A stretch of DNA of 64,000 bases from an uncultured Chloroflexia bacterium. Its GTDB lineage: Bacteria > Chloroflexota > Anaerolineae > B4-G1 > SLSP01. The translations under genes and the position numbers were made by a program. Positions within the stretch are counted from its first letter, which is position 1. The number at the start of each line of letters is the position of its first letter. The notes below the pieces were generated by a model. It did no database searches, was not told the origin of the DNA, and saw only the letters and a list, made by a program, of their open reading frames with translations. Below are positions 11,476-23,004 of the stretch, piece by piece. The stretch lies in contig CAVVUS010000018.1 of NCBI GenBank assembly GCA_963751345.1, forward strand, positions 128,001-192,000, written 5' to 3'.

Positions 11476-12264
11476 TTGAGCGAGGAACTGATCGCGTTTC
11501 ACAGCCATGGGTTGAGACTGTACGGCATGCTCCACCGGCCTGAGGGCACGGAGGCGTGCCCGGCAGTAATGCTCCTGCACGGACTGACAGGTGAGCGTTG
11601 CGAGTCCCATCGCATCTTCGTTAAGCTAGCCCGGCGCCTGGCGAGTGCCGGTGTTGCGGCACTGCGCTTCGACTTCTGTGGCTCAGGAGAGAGCGAGGGC
11701 GACTTTGCAGATGTCACCATCTCGCGTTGGGTGGATGACGCTCTAGCGGGTCTGGACTGGTTGTCCCAGCTGCCGGGTATTGATGCGGAGCGGCTGGGTG
11801 TTCTGGGTCTAAGTATGGGTGGGACCACAGCCGCGGTTGTTGCCGGTCAACGAGGTGACCAGGTCAAGGCGCTTGTACTGTGGTCGGCGGCAGCGGATCC
11901 AGAGAGAGCCATCCATGGATGGCTTCAAAGGGCAAAGCCGGGTGTAGTGGGCGCTGGCTATGATGTTGGGGGCAACTTGCTGGGCCAAGGCTTTATGCTC
12001 GACGTCGGCGCCATACATCCGACCCTAGAGTTGGCTCATTATTGCGGTCATGCACTTATCGTCCAGGGCATACAGGACAGCATCGTACCGTTCACCGATG
12101 CCGATCTATTTGCCAGCGCTTTGGCGGGGCGCGCCCGGAAACATATGGTGTCTGGCGCAGATCACACGTTTACAAGCGTGGCTTGGGAGCGAGAGGTTCT
12201 TGACGCGACAGCCGAGTTCCTCCAGTCGGTGTTCTTTGGCATCCGTACCGCGCCCGTGTGTTGA
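11476..12264 (+). CDS. alpha/beta hydrolase
   Basis: LLHGLTG, RFDFCGSGESEG, GLSMGG nucleophile elbow, GADHTF. Confidence 0.9.
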   Translation: MSEELIAFHSHGLRLYGMLHRPEGTEACPAVMLLHGLTGERCESHRIFVKLARRLASAGVAALRFDFCGSGESEGDFADVTISRWVDDALAGLDWLSQLPGIDAERLGVLGLSMGGTTAAVVAGQRGDQVKALVLWSAAADPERAIHGWLQRAKPGVVGAGYDVGGNLLGQGFMLDVGAIHPTLELAHYCGHALIVQGIQDSIVPFTDADLFASALAGRARKHMVSGADHTFTSVAWEREVLDATAEFLQSVFFGIRTAPVC

Positions 12265-12281
12265 TTCCCGGAGACCAGCCT

Positions 12282-13076
12282 ATGGCATTCATTCAGTGCG
12301 ACTTTGTGTCTCGGGCGGTCCGGATGCGTATGTCGATGAACGTGATCCTGCCCGACCCCATAGGTCTCACTACAAACCAACCGAAACCCGCCGTGGTGAG
12401 ACATCCGACGCTGTACCTGCTCCACGGATTGTCCGAAGACCACACGTCTTGGCAACGGTTCACGGGCATTGAACGGTATGCAGAAAAGGCTGGCCTCGCG
12501 GTGGTGATGCCTGCTGTGCACCGTAGCTTCTATGCGGATGGCGTTCACGGGTACAAGTATTGGGCTTTCATCAGCGAGGAACTACCGGCAGTCGCGCAGG
12601 CGCTCTTCCCTCTCTCGTCTTCTCGTGAAGACACCTTTGTTGCTGGCGCATCTATGGGTGGATATGGCGCACTGAAGCTGGCCCTGACCTTCCCCGAGCG
12701 ATATGCGGCGGCTGCCAGTCTGGCGGGTGTCGTCGACCTGTATCGTATTCTCACCAGGGAAGGTGACGACCACCAGTCCGATGTCAGCATCGTCTTTGAG
12801 AACCCTGAGCATATACCGGGAAGTGACAACGACCTTCTTCATTTGTCGGACCGAGTGGCTGCATCGCGGTGCCCGGTGCCTCTTCTCTACCTAGCCTGTG
12901 GCACCGAAGATCCCACATATCGGGTGAACGTGAGTTTCCGGTCGTACCTGGAATCGCTTGGCCTTGACGTGCTGTATGAAGAGAGTAGAGGGGGGCACAC
13001 CTGGGACTGGTGGGATCAGCAGATCGCAAAGGTGATTGACTGGCTGCCCGTCAGGCAGCGGGAACACAGGCCGTGA
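12282..13076 (+). CDS. putative esterase (tributyrin esterase / CE1-like)
   Basis: LYLLHGLSEDH, GASMGGYGA, CGTED, GGHTWDWW. Confidence 0.9.
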   Translation: MAFIQCDFVSRAVRMRMSMNVILPDPIGLTTNQPKPAVVRHPTLYLLHGLSEDHTSWQRFTGIERYAEKAGLAVVMPAVHRSFYADGVHGYKYWAFISEELPAVAQALFPLSSSREDTFVAGASMGGYGALKLALTFPERYAAAASLAGVVDLYRILTREGDDHQSDVSIVFENPEHIPGSDNDLLHLSDRVAASRCPVPLLYLACGTEDPTYRVNVSFRSYLESLGLDVLYEESRGGHTWDWWDQQIAKVIDWLPVRQREHRP

Positions 13077-13083
13077 GCGCAGG

Positions 13084-14034
13084 ATGGGCAATGCTACTAC
13101 AGAGGGTGAACTTATGACAGGTGCAAAGTTGGCAAGTCATACACGGCGTTTGGCCAGCCGAGGATCGACGTGGCGATATGTGATCGTAGCTAGGTTGGGG
13201 CGGCTCCTGACCTACTTGGTTGCGGTCGCTGTAGCAGTGGTCTCCCTCATGCCTGTTATCTGGACGGTATCTACATCGTTCAAAGGCTTTGAGAGCATTA
13301 TGACGCTGCCGCCCAAGTTGATCCCTGAGAAGTTCGAATGGCAGAACTACATGTACGTCATCTCTGGTATGGGGGGAGTTCTACCTTTCTACCGATGGCT
13401 GATCAACTCCGTAGTGCTGGTGGCGGTCAACCTGGTGGGTGAGATCGCATTTGCGGCGATCGCTGGTTTTGGCTTCGCCCGGTTTCGGTTCCGCCTCCGC
13501 AACGTCATGTTTGTATGTATGCTGAGCAGTGCGGTCATACCCGGCATGGTGCAGTTGCTGCCGCGGTACCTGATGTTCGCCAAGTGGGGGTGGACAAACA
13601 CCTACTTGCCACTGACAATCCCGAATTGGTTCGGGAGTGTATTCCTTGTGTTCCTGTTCCGGCAGTACTTCGTGACCATACCGAAGTCGTTGGACGAGGC
13701 CGCTGTTATCGACGGCGCCTCGACTTGGACAATCTTCACCAAGATCATCCTGCCCCTTTCCAAGCCTGTGCTGTCGACTGCTGCAGTGCTCGTGTTTATC
13801 AGCAACTGGAACGACTTCTGGGGCCCTTTCATCTACCTGCACGAAATGAAGAAGTTCACCTTAGCGGTGGGTCTGCAGTACCTCACCAGAGCGATTGCCT
13901 CTTTCCTGGACGTGCCGAAGGAGCCCGTTCTGTCGGCCTATGCGGTCTTGATCGCCACCCCCGTCATCCTAGCGTTCTTCATCTTTCAGAGGCAGTTTGT
14001 TCAGGGCATTCAGCTATCCGCGTCCAAGGAGTAG
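13084..14034 (+). CDS. carbohydrate ABC transporter permease (MalG-like)
   Basis: LFRQYFVTIPKSLDEAAVIDGAS EAA motif, WNDFWGP, FQRQFVQGI. Confidence 0.92.
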   Translation: MGNATTEGELMTGAKLASHTRRLASRGSTWRYVIVARLGRLLTYLVAVAVAVVSLMPVIWTVSTSFKGFESIMTLPPKLIPEKFEWQNYMYVISGMGGVLPFYRWLINSVVLVAVNLVGEIAFAAIAGFGFARFRFRLRNVMFVCMLSSAVIPGMVQLLPRYLMFAKWGWTNTYLPLTIPNWFGSVFLVFLFRQYFVTIPKSLDEAAVIDGASTWTIFTKIILPLSKPVLSTAAVLVFISNWNDFWGPFIYLHEMKKFTLAVGLQYLTRAIASFLDVPKEPVLSAYAVLIATPVILAFFIFQRQFVQGIQLSASKE

Positions 14035-14102
14035 CGGTCGACCCTTGTCGTTGGCCGGACTTGTATCGTGGTGGTGATGTTGGCACGAAAGAGGAGCTAT
14101 CG

Positions 14103-15067
14103 ATGAACCTCCAACAAGCTAGTGCAGGTTTAGTACATTCGAGCAAGCGGGGGCTGCTGACAAAGCTGCCGCGCCGGGAGGAGATCGCCGGCTATATCTG
14201 GACCTCGCCCTGGTGGATCGGCTTCCTGGTATTCAGCCTCTATCCTATGCTGCAGGCCTCTACTACTCTTTCACCAATGCCAGGTGGGTGGGGGAGTCGT
14301 CCTGGGTGGGGCTCCAGAATTACATCTTTGCTTTGACGCAGGATAGGCTGTTCTGGGGAGCTCTGCGAAACACGCTCTATTACTCCTTCGCCGTGGTACC
14401 GCTCGGCCTTGCTGGCTCGCTGTTCGCTGCCACCCTTCTTAACCAGAGACTCAAGGGCGAGAACGGGTTCGTACAGCCTTCTATGTGCCCTCCCTGATGC
14501 CGTCTGTCGCTCTGGTCACGATTAGACGTGGATCTTAAACCCTACTTTCGACCTCCTGAACCAGTTCCTGGCGATATTCGGCATTTCTGGGCCCGGGTGG
14601 TTGGCGTCTCCGGACTGGGCCATGCCTGGGCTGATCCTGATGGCCGTGTGGGGATCCTTCGGCGGAACATCCATGTTAGTGTCCTCTCGTCACTGCAGAG
14701 CATCCCCGAGGATCTGTACGAAATTCGTGCCCTGGACGGAGGTAATGCATACCACAAGTTGGTCTACGTCACACTACCCATGATCACACCCGCCATCCTG
14801 TTCAACCTGGTCATGGGGATCATTGGCTCATTCCAGTCATTCCTCTACTCATTTCTCGCGCCGACTGTGCCGGGTGGCCCGAATTTCGCCACGTACACCT
14901 TAGGTTTGCACATATACAACAGCGGCTTTGTGGACGGGCGTCTTGGTGCCGCTTCAGCACTGGCGTGGCTGCTTTTCCTGGTGGTTTTGGCGGCCGTGCT
15001 CATCAACTACAAGCTCTCAGGTAAATGGGTCTTTATCAGCAGCATGGCGGAGGATGGCATGAGTTGA
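14103..15067 (+). CDS. carbohydrate ABC transporter permease (MalF-like), frameshifted
   Basis: GYIWTSPWWIGFLVFSLYP, WVGLQNY, LQSIPEDLYE..LDGG..VTLPMITP across three frames. Confidence 0.85.
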
Positions 15068-15185
15068 TACGGGTACCCCTGTCGGCTACTAGGCACGCTT
15101 ACGTGTGCTTGGGTTAGAAGCCCAGCCGCGAGCTACTCCTGAGTACTCACGGCAGACTAGACCAGAACTCTAGCGGAGGAGCACA

Positions 15186-16167
15186 ATGCGACCAAAGATC
15201 GGGCTATACAGTGTTACCTATGCCGGTATGTGGTATGACGGTCCGGCGTCAGCCTTAAGGCGTTTGTGGATCGCGCACAGCAGTTTGGGTTCGACGGTGT
15301 GGAACTGGATTGCCGTGCGCCCCATGCCCTTCCCTACTTGCTCAGCATCGACGATCGCAAAGAGATCGCTGACTACATTGGCGAGAAAGGGTTGGGGTTA
15401 GCGGCGCTGGCAGCCAACAATGACTTCTCCAGTCCCGTGACCGAGCATCGCGATGCGAACGTCCAGATGGTCGTCGAGATGATCAGGCTATGCAGGGACT
15501 TGGGAGCTCCTGTACTTCGCATCTTCACAGCCTGGCAAGGGAGTGGATTCCTCAACGGGCGTGGCACCTACGAGGTAGCGCGGCCGGGCTATGCGATGGC
15601 CTTCCCACAGATACCGGAGATGGATCAGCTGGAAGTACTACCTCGATGCGTTCCGGATCGTAGCCAGGTATGCAGAGGACTATGGCGTTGTCCTGGCGCT
15701 CCAGGAACCATCCCCCAATCGTGCGGAACTCGGCCGACTGCCTCACGATGGCCGAGGAGGTCAACTCGCCCTATTTCAGACTCGAGCTTTGACATCTCAG
15801 GAGAGCGGGCCTGGCAACAGACGGACTGGCTTCTGCAGCAGGCCCATCTGATCGGTGACCGGTGGGCGCACAGTCACTTCGCTGGTGATTTCAGGCGCAA
15901 CGAAGAAGGCGTGGTTGAGCGGGTCCCGGCTTCTTGGGACGTGTGCTGAGCCCAACTGAAGGCGTTATGTCGTGGAATTTCGATGCGTGGGTCCGGGCCA
16001 TGTTCGAGGTCGGCTACAAGGGCTACGTCAGCTATGAGGCCTGTACTCCGACGTACTTGCCCAACGGAGAACTCGTCTCAATTGAGACCATCGATGACCG
16101 CGTGCAACTTGCTCGTGACTTCATGCTTCAGATGTTTGAGAGGCATGCAACTCAGGGAGAGTGCTAA
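15186..16167 (+). CDS. sugar phosphate isomerase/epimerase (xylose isomerase-like TIM barrel), frameshifted
   Basis: IGLYSVTY, GFDGVELD, LGAPVLRIF, GVVLALQ, GYKGYVSYE across frames. Confidence 0.8.
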
Positions 16168-17280
16168 TGGCAGAAAGAGCATGTGAGGTACGCAGTCATT
16201 GGTTGTGGATCGGTTTCGTGGAATCGATACTTCAAAGATGGAAACTGGGAAGCGGTCGTCGCGGCTGGAGGCGAGTTGGTCGCTGTCTGTGACACAGACC
16301 GGGCGCGAGCCATCCGACCGGCTGAGAAGTTTGCTGTACCGTATTTCCTCGACCTGGACGATATGCTGCGTGAGGTTGACTTCGACTTGCTTGTCAACCT
16401 CACTAACCTGCCGGCCCACTATCCGCTTAGTCTACGAGGCCTGGAGGCTGGTAAGCATATCTACACTCAGAAGCCGATGGCACTCACGGTGCCCCAGGCA
16501 ACTGCGCTGATCGAGGCTGCCGCCGAGCAGGAAACTCAAGCTGGTTGCGGAAGAGGCCTCGGCGATCCTACCTGTCAATATCGCCATCCGTACGCTGTTG
16601 GATAGTGGCACCATTGGGAAGGTGACGTGGATAAGGTCAACGTGCACTCATTGGGGCCCTGCTTACATTGACAACTGGCCGACCGACCCGACATCGGTTC
16701 TATCAGAAGGGTGGCGGCCCACTGCGGGATGTGGGTGTCGAGCGCCTGCACACGCTTACCTATCTGCTCGGGCCGGCAAGACGTGTGACCGCGATGTCCG
16801 GCATCAATCAGCCGGAGGTGGTCGTCCGTGGCGGTCCCAATATGGGCATGAAGATCGAGGTCACAGAAGTGGCATTTTCCCTTTGTTGATCCTCGAGTTT
16901 GAAGACTCGAGATACGCCATCCTCGAATGCAGCTTGGGTCAATACGCGGGCAACACAGACACCGCGGATGGAGATTTACGGACGGGGAGGTGTGATCAGC
17001 TTGCCTCACACCGGACACCCCAAGGGCGGCACCATCCAGCTTTATCGTGATCAACCGGAGCTGGGTATCCGAGGTTGGATGGAGGTCGATGAGATTCCAC
17101 CTGTGCATCCTGTAGCGCCATTGGGCATCATTGGTCTCGTGCACGCCGTCGAGTGCATCCTGCAGGACGTCAAGCCGGTCTTTGAGCGGCGAGCATGCGC
17201 GACACTGTATCGAGATCATGGAGAAAGCGTTCCTGTCTGCGAAGACAGGCTGCGTCCAGCAACTTGAAACGACTTTCTAG
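16167..17280 (+). CDS. Gfo/Idh/MocA family oxidoreductase, frameshifted
   Basis: YAVIGCGSVS, AGKHIYTQKP, FYQKGGGPLRDVG, MEIYGRGG. Confidence 0.82.
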
Positions 17281-17323
17281 AGTGCAATGACGTCGCCGGA
17301 TATCACAGGACGAGGTGTGGGGG

Positions 17324-18391
17324 ATGGAGCCGACTGGCAGGACAAGGCTGTGGCCTCGAGGGCCTATCGACGCTCTGGAAGGCACGGACACGCTCAATCT
17401 CTGCTGAGAACCCGACAGGTCGAAAGGGTGGCGGCGCGCGGTGCTGAGCCTGATCCGCAGAAGCGCGAGAAGCTGGATGATGGGGCGACGCTGGAAGGTG
17501 CGGCCCTGCATCAGCCTCGAACCACACACGACGGTGACGCTTGCCGACATAGAAGGCCCAGGCGTTCTGCAGCACATGTGGATAACAGTTCGTGCTTCGG
17601 CCTATCGCTCTACGGTGCTTCGTCTCTACTGGGACGATGAGTCGACACCCTCTGTCAGAGCCGCTTGGGGGATTTCTTCTGTAACGGGCACGGGTTACGC
17701 TACAACGTACGCTCTCTACCTGTGGCGGTCAATCCTTCTGGCGGCTTTAACTGCTACTGGTCGATGCCTTTCCGCGAGCGTGCGCGCGTAACAATCGAGA
17801 ACGAGAGTTCGGACGCCGTCCCTGGGTTTTTCTACCAGATCACCTATAGCTTGCAGCCCGTGCCGCAATCCGCAGCCTACTTTCACGCACAGTGGCGGCG
17901 ATCAGTAACCCAGCGACGGCGTCCGGAGCACACCATCGTCGACGGTGTCCAGGGACCTGGACACTATGTAACACTTTCTTGGCTTGGACTCAGTTGTCTA
18001 ACGGGTGGTGGGGAGAAGGAGAGGTCAAGTTTTTCCTGGACGGCGATAGAGGATTGGCCAACGATCTGTGGCACCGGTACCGAGGACTACTTCGGGGGGG
18101 CCTGGGATTTCGGCCGAGAGAGACCTTCTCCTCTCCCTATTCTAGGGATACCCACTCTATCGCAAAGAGCCGGGTGAAGTCCCGCGTCACGGCATGTATC
18201 GCTGGCACGTTCTCGATCCGATACGTTTCCAACAGGATCTCCGGGTAACCGTGCAGGCGCTAGGTTGGTGGCCCAACGGCAAGTACGAGCCACTGACTGA
18301 TGATATTGCGTCGGTCGCTTACTGGTATCAGCTCGATCCGCACGTACCTTTCTCGACGCTGGCATCACTCGACCATCGCTGGTCACGATGA
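17324..18391 (+). CDS. DUF2961 / GH172 family glycoside hydrolase, frameshifted
   Basis: TRSISAENPTG, ADIEGPGVLQHMWIT, FNCYWSMPF, GWWGEGEVKFFLDGD, ICGTGTEDYFGGAW, YRWHVLDPIRF, DDIASVAYWYQ. Confidence 0.88.
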
Positions 18392-18542
18392 GGAGTCGCG
18401 TAGCGAGATTATCCTCGTATCGGTGGGGCATAGGCCCCAGGTGCCTACTGTGACGTAGGGTGGCGGTGTCTCAGTAGTGCACCAATTAAATGTGTACTTA
18501 GTCATTGGAGGCGGATAGATCAACGGGTTTGATTTCGCAGGA

Positions 18543-19405
18543 ATGATTGTGCCGATTCTGACGCCCTTCACCAAGGACGAGGCCCTTGACGAGGCGGCCC
18601 TCCGGAGGCTTGTCAGCCGCCTAGTGAGTGCCGGGATTCACGGCATTATGCCGGTGGGCAGCTCGGGTGAGTTCTGGGCCGTGGATGATGACGAGCGCTA
18701 CCGGATCCTTGAGATTGTATTGGATGAGGTGGCGGGGCGCGTGCCTGTGCTCGCAGGTACTTGCGCGATATGTACACGCAAGTCGATCGCATTGGCTCGG
18801 CGCGCTGAAGCTCTCCACGTGGACGCCCTCGTTGTTCTGACGCCGTTCTACGTCACACCCACGCAGGACGAACTAACTGCGCACTATAGCAAGATCGCAG
18901 ATAGTGTATCGCTGCCGGTGCTTCCGTATAACAACCCGAATCGAACCGGCGGCGTTGCTCTGGCCCCGGAGACAGTGGCTCACCTTGCTGCCGAAGGGGC
19001 CATTGTCGGCATCAAGGATTCCAGTGGCAACCTGGGGCTGGTGGCGGAGATAATCAACGGTGCCCCGAGAGCAGTTTCAACCTTTTCCAGGGTTGCGACG
19101 ATCTTCTGTTCGCGTCGCTTGCTATTGGCGCGGTCGGGGGCTGTGGCTCCGACGGCAACGTCACCCCAGAAATCGTGGTCGACCTATATGACGCCTTCAC
19201 AAACCAGGACTGGGATCGTTCGCGAGCGGCTCAGAGCAAGCTTACTGCCCTGAGGCGTGCCTCCGGCTGGAGCTCCTATCCGTCCGTTATCAAGGCCGCT
19301 ATGGAGTTGATGGGGGAGCCGGTCGGCCCTCCTCGCAGTCCCGTGCTCCCGCTTGGCGATGGGCTAGCCGAGCGCCTCCAGGGCGTTCTGGATAAGCTAT
19401 CATAG
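18543..19405 (+). CDS. dihydrodipicolinate synthase/KDG aldolase family protein, one frameshift
   Basis: GSSGEF, LPYNNP, VGIKDSSG; continues in ORF 19175-19405 (IKAAMELMG..PRSP). Confidence 0.88.
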
Positions 19406-19484
19406 GCATCGATCTTAGACCTGGCCGCTTGTGACTTCAGGAGACCGAGGTTGGGTTGCATCTATACGGAAAGGATACCGGAGC

Positions 19485-20255
19485 ATGGACGAGATGAAGG
19501 GTAAGGTAGCACTGATCACCGGCGCGAGTAGCGGCATTGGCAAGGCCTGTGCCTACCGATTCTCACGCGCTGGGGCCAACGTGTCCCTGGTCGCTCGGAC
19601 CGGCGAGGCCCTAGATGCAGTTGCTGCTGACATCAAGGGGCAAGGAGGGGGGGCGGTCGCGATTCCTGCTGACGTCACGGACGCCTATGAGATCGAGAGA
19701 GTCGTAGAGCTGACGGTCGATGCTTTCGGAGGCGTAGACGTGCTCGTCAACGCGGCCGGGATCATCGCCAACGGTACGGTGGAAACGACGCAACTCGATG
19801 ATTGGGATTACATGATGAACCTGAACGTGCGGGTGCCATTTTACCTCATGCAGTGTGCGCTCCCGTACCTTTCGGCGCGGCAAGGCAACGTTGTCAACGT
19901 GTCGAGCGTGACCGGCATTCGTGCGTTCCCCGGTGTTCTGGCCTATTGTGTGAGCAAGGCCGGCGTGTCACAGATGACCAGTTGCACCGCGCTGGAGCTG
20001 GCAGGCATAGGGGTGCGCGTGAATGCTGTGTGCCCTGGCGTGGTTGTTACCGAGCTGCATCGCCGTGGAGGGATGTCTGCAGATGCCTACGCGGCCTTCC
20101 TCGAGCACAGTAAAACCACACACCCGCTGGGACGGGTTGGGCAGGCGGAGGAGGTTGCGGACTTAATCTACTTCCTGGCCTCACCGCAGGCCGGATGGAT
20201 AACCGGAGCGAACATCCCGATCGATGGAGGACGAGCCCAGACATGCGCTCGTTAG
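19485..20255 (+). CDS. SDR family oxidoreductase
   Basis: ITGASSGIG, NAAG, YCVSK (YxxxK), GVRVNAVCPG, ITGANIPIDGG. Confidence 0.93.
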   Translation: MDEMKGKVALITGASSGIGKACAYRFSRAGANVSLVARTGEALDAVAADIKGQGGGAVAIPADVTDAYEIERVVELTVDAFGGVDVLVNAAGIIANGTVETTQLDDWDYMMNLNVRVPFYLMQCALPYLSARQGNVVNVSSVTGIRAFPGVLAYCVSKAGVSQMTSCTALELAGIGVRVNAVCPGVVVTELHRRGGMSADAYAAFLEHSKTTHPLGRVGQAEEVADLIYFLASPQAGWITGANIPIDGGRAQTCAR

Positions 20256-20270
20256 GGAAAGTGTATTGAT

Positions 20271-21749
20271 ATGAACATCATTCTGATCATCATAGACACG
20301 CTGCGCTATGACTACGTCCACGCCAACGGCGCGAACGATTGGATCCAAACACCGAACCTGGACGCACTGGCCGCCGAGTCACTGATCTTTGATCGGGCAT
20401 ACCCGGCAAGCTATCCGACAATTCCCTATCGCACCGACGTAATGACAGGGGAGTATGCCTGGCCCTACCAGGGCCCTTTCCATCCCTGGATGCCTTTGCG
20501 TTTTGACGTCCCTACACTGCCGCGGCTGCTGGCGCAGGTTGGCTATGCGACGCAGCTGATTCATGACACACCGCACTTAGTCAACGGCGGGCACGCCTTC
20601 GATTGGCCCTTCGCGGCATGGACCTTCGTGCGCGGTGCCGAGGTGGATCTCCCGTGGATTGATGATGAGGGCCTCACGCCGTTGGCTCACTGGACACGTG
20701 ATCCGCTTTTCGATTACCTTGGCGAGGATGCCGTAGATGATGAGGCGCGGCGGATGCTGCTGACCTATTCTCGGGCGCACCGTAAGACATCGCGTCCAGA
20801 GAAATGGAACACAGCACAGCTCTTCCTCAAGGGTGCTGAGTTCCTACGCGATAATGCCTCACGAGGGCGAAGTCGAGAGGGCAGTTTTTTTCTGTGGCTT
20901 GACTGCTTCGACCCTCACGAGCCCTGGGACGTGCCGCCCGACTTCGTCCGACGATATGATCACACGCCGGGCTACAATGGGCTGATCGACCCCCGTGCCT
21001 TCGGAAAAGCAGCGCGAAGCCCGGCAGACGGCGTCTTTCCGGCAGGCGTCAAGGAGCGGCTGACGGCATACTATGCGGCCAAGGTCACCTGGGTAGATCA
21101 CTGGCTCGGCGAAGTATTGGCTGCATTGGAGGAGACTGGGTTGGATCGCAACACCGCTGTCATTGTGACTGCGGATCACGGCACGAATCTGGGGGAACGG
21201 GGGAGCTTTGGCAAGACCCGACCGGTCAGCGAGCAGGTGGCCCACGTGCCTCTGTTGATTCACCTGCCTGAGGGACCGACGGGACGGAACAGCGAGATCG
21301 TGCAACCACAGGACATCGCCGCAACGATTCTGGGCTTGGCGGCCTGCTCGCTCCCAGAGACGTGGGTAGGTCGGGATCTTCTATCGCCTGAGATGTCGCT
21401 CGCACGTCCGATCGCGCTTACCGGCCCTGCGGTGGGTGCCTGGCGCGCTGACCTGAACGTGCCTCTCTTCTCGCTCTTCGACCCCGAGTGGTATCTGAAC
21501 GTCTTTGCTAATCCCGAAGCCTGTCGTCTCTTCCGCTATGGGTCCGTCGAGGACGTCGCTGGCGACTATCCAGACGTTGTCTCTCGACTGCGTGATGCCG
21601 GGCTTGCCGAAGCTGAGCGGCGCGGCACAGATACTCGCCTGATTGCCTGGTTGCGCAGCGGTGGCGAGGCAACGTTCCCGGAGGAGGTCACACGGTGGCC
21701 TGGCCCTGCGAACTGGCGCTACTACTGGCAGGGGGCCTATCTCGAGTAG
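20271..21749 (+). CDS. sulfatase-fold (alkaline phosphatase superfamily) hydrolase with Thr at the nucleophile position
   Basis: NIILIIIDTLRYD, ASYPTIPYRTDVMTG, DCFDPHEPWD, TADHG. Confidence 0.85.
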   Translation: MNIILIIIDTLRYDYVHANGANDWIQTPNLDALAAESLIFDRAYPASYPTIPYRTDVMTGEYAWPYQGPFHPWMPLRFDVPTLPRLLAQVGYATQLIHDTPHLVNGGHAFDWPFAAWTFVRGAEVDLPWIDDEGLTPLAHWTRDPLFDYLGEDAVDDEARRMLLTYSRAHRKTSRPEKWNTAQLFLKGAEFLRDNASRGRSREGSFFLWLDCFDPHEPWDVPPDFVRRYDHTPGYNGLIDPRAFGKAARSPADGVFPAGVKERLTAYYAAKVTWVDHWLGEVLAALEETGLDRNTAVIVTADHGTNLGERGSFGKTRPVSEQVAHVPLLIHLPEGPTGRNSEIVQPQDIAATILGLAACSLPETWVGRDLLSPEMSLARPIALTGPAVGAWRADLNVPLFSLFDPEWYLNVFANPEACRLFRYGSVEDVAGDYPDVVSRLRDAGLAEAERRGTDTRLIAWLRSGGEATFPEEVTRWPGPANWRYYWQGAYLE

Positions 21750-21842
21750 GCTTGGCGCTACGCTCCAGTCGGGTGCCAGGTGAGCCTTTCTAGCGAAGCC
21801 ATGAGCAGGATCTGGGACGGTTGTGTTCTTCGAGGAGTATCT

Positions 21843-22919
21843 ATGGTGCATGAATCCGGGGAGCAGTTTGTGCCCGATTACCGCCATATGGTGGATGTGG
21901 CCTACAATTGGCGGCCTGAACGTTTGCCGTTATACGAGCATTACATCAATCCGGCCTTTATGGAGCAGGCTACGGGCACGCGATTTGAGGAACTGGCGGG
22001 TGGCGACGACCGAGACCTGGCGCGGTTCTTTGCAGTCTACTGCGGTTTCTATAGAGATATGACCTACGATACGGTCTCTTACGAGGTCGGCATCGTGGAT
22101 ATTCTGCCGGGGGGCGGCGCCTTGCTGGGCGAGCATCCTGGTCCAATTCAGAACCGTGCTGACTTCGAGCGGTACCCTTGGGAAGAATCCCCCGCACGAT
22201 TCTGGGCCGTCGCCGAGCGGCGGTTTCAGGCACTGGCTGCAGCCCTGCCGCCGGGAATGAAGGCTCTGGGGGGACCCGGGTATGGCGTTTTCGAGATCGC
22301 TGAGGATCTGGCGGGCTACGAGCACTTGGCCTACATGTCCTTTGACGACCCTGAGCTCTATGCAGACTTGTACCGCCAGATCGGCGACCTGATGGTCACG
22401 ATCTGGCGGAAATTTTCCTGCAACTCTACGCGGATCTCTTCGCCGTCTGCCGCGTCGGCGACGACCAGGGCTACAAGGTCAGCACACTGGTTGCTCCGCG
22501 GGTTATCCGTGCGCATATTGTACCTCAGTATCGAAAGCTCATTGCGCTCGTGCACGCAGCGGGGCGTCCCTTCCTGTGAACTCCTGCGGGAACATTTTCA
22601 GCATTATGGACGACATGATCGACGCCGGCATCGACGCGAAGCACTCCAACGAAGATGTGATTGCGCCCTTCGGTACCTGGATCGAGCGGTTCGGAGATCG
22701 GATCGGCCTCGTCGGCGGCATCGACGTTGATATCTTCTGCCGCGAGACACCCGATCGAATTTATGAACGGGTGGTGGAAATAGGACGCCATTTCCGCCAA
22801 ACGGCGCAGGGCTATGCACTGGGATCTGGAACTCGATCCCCGAGTATGTGCCCGTGGAGGGTTACCTGGCGATGGTCCGAGCAGCTCAAACCCTGCGTGC
22901 CGAGGAGGCCCGAGCGTGA
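21843..22919 (+). CDS. uroporphyrinogen decarboxylase / MtaA-CmuA family protein, frameshifted
   Basis: PERLPLYEH, GPIQNRADFERYPW, SCGN, GIDAKHSNED, VGGIDVD, GYALGSG..IPEYVP across frames. Confidence 0.8.
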
Positions 22920-23004
22920 CGGGTACGGCAAAGCAGCGTATTCGCTGTCTCGGCAAAGACCACGGTTACACACGTCTGACGTACACGTCCATTGTGTAAG
23001 CTAG

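Noticed and set aside
18507-18545. Non-canonical ATC start for the DHDPS-like gene after GGAGG
   Set aside because: ATC at 18519 is one base from ATG in an error-rich stretch, and an in-frame ATG exists at 18543.
22570-22590. TGA near the SCG motif of the UroD-like gene (and at 1414 in the sulfatase) as selenocysteine
   Set aside because: The homologous sequence continues in a different frame, so these are indels rather than in-frame readthrough; no SECIS or sel genes were seen.
22960-22990. ACGT cluster before the MFS gene as a fourth array
   Set aside because: Spacing is 7 and 6 bp, not the 8-bp period.
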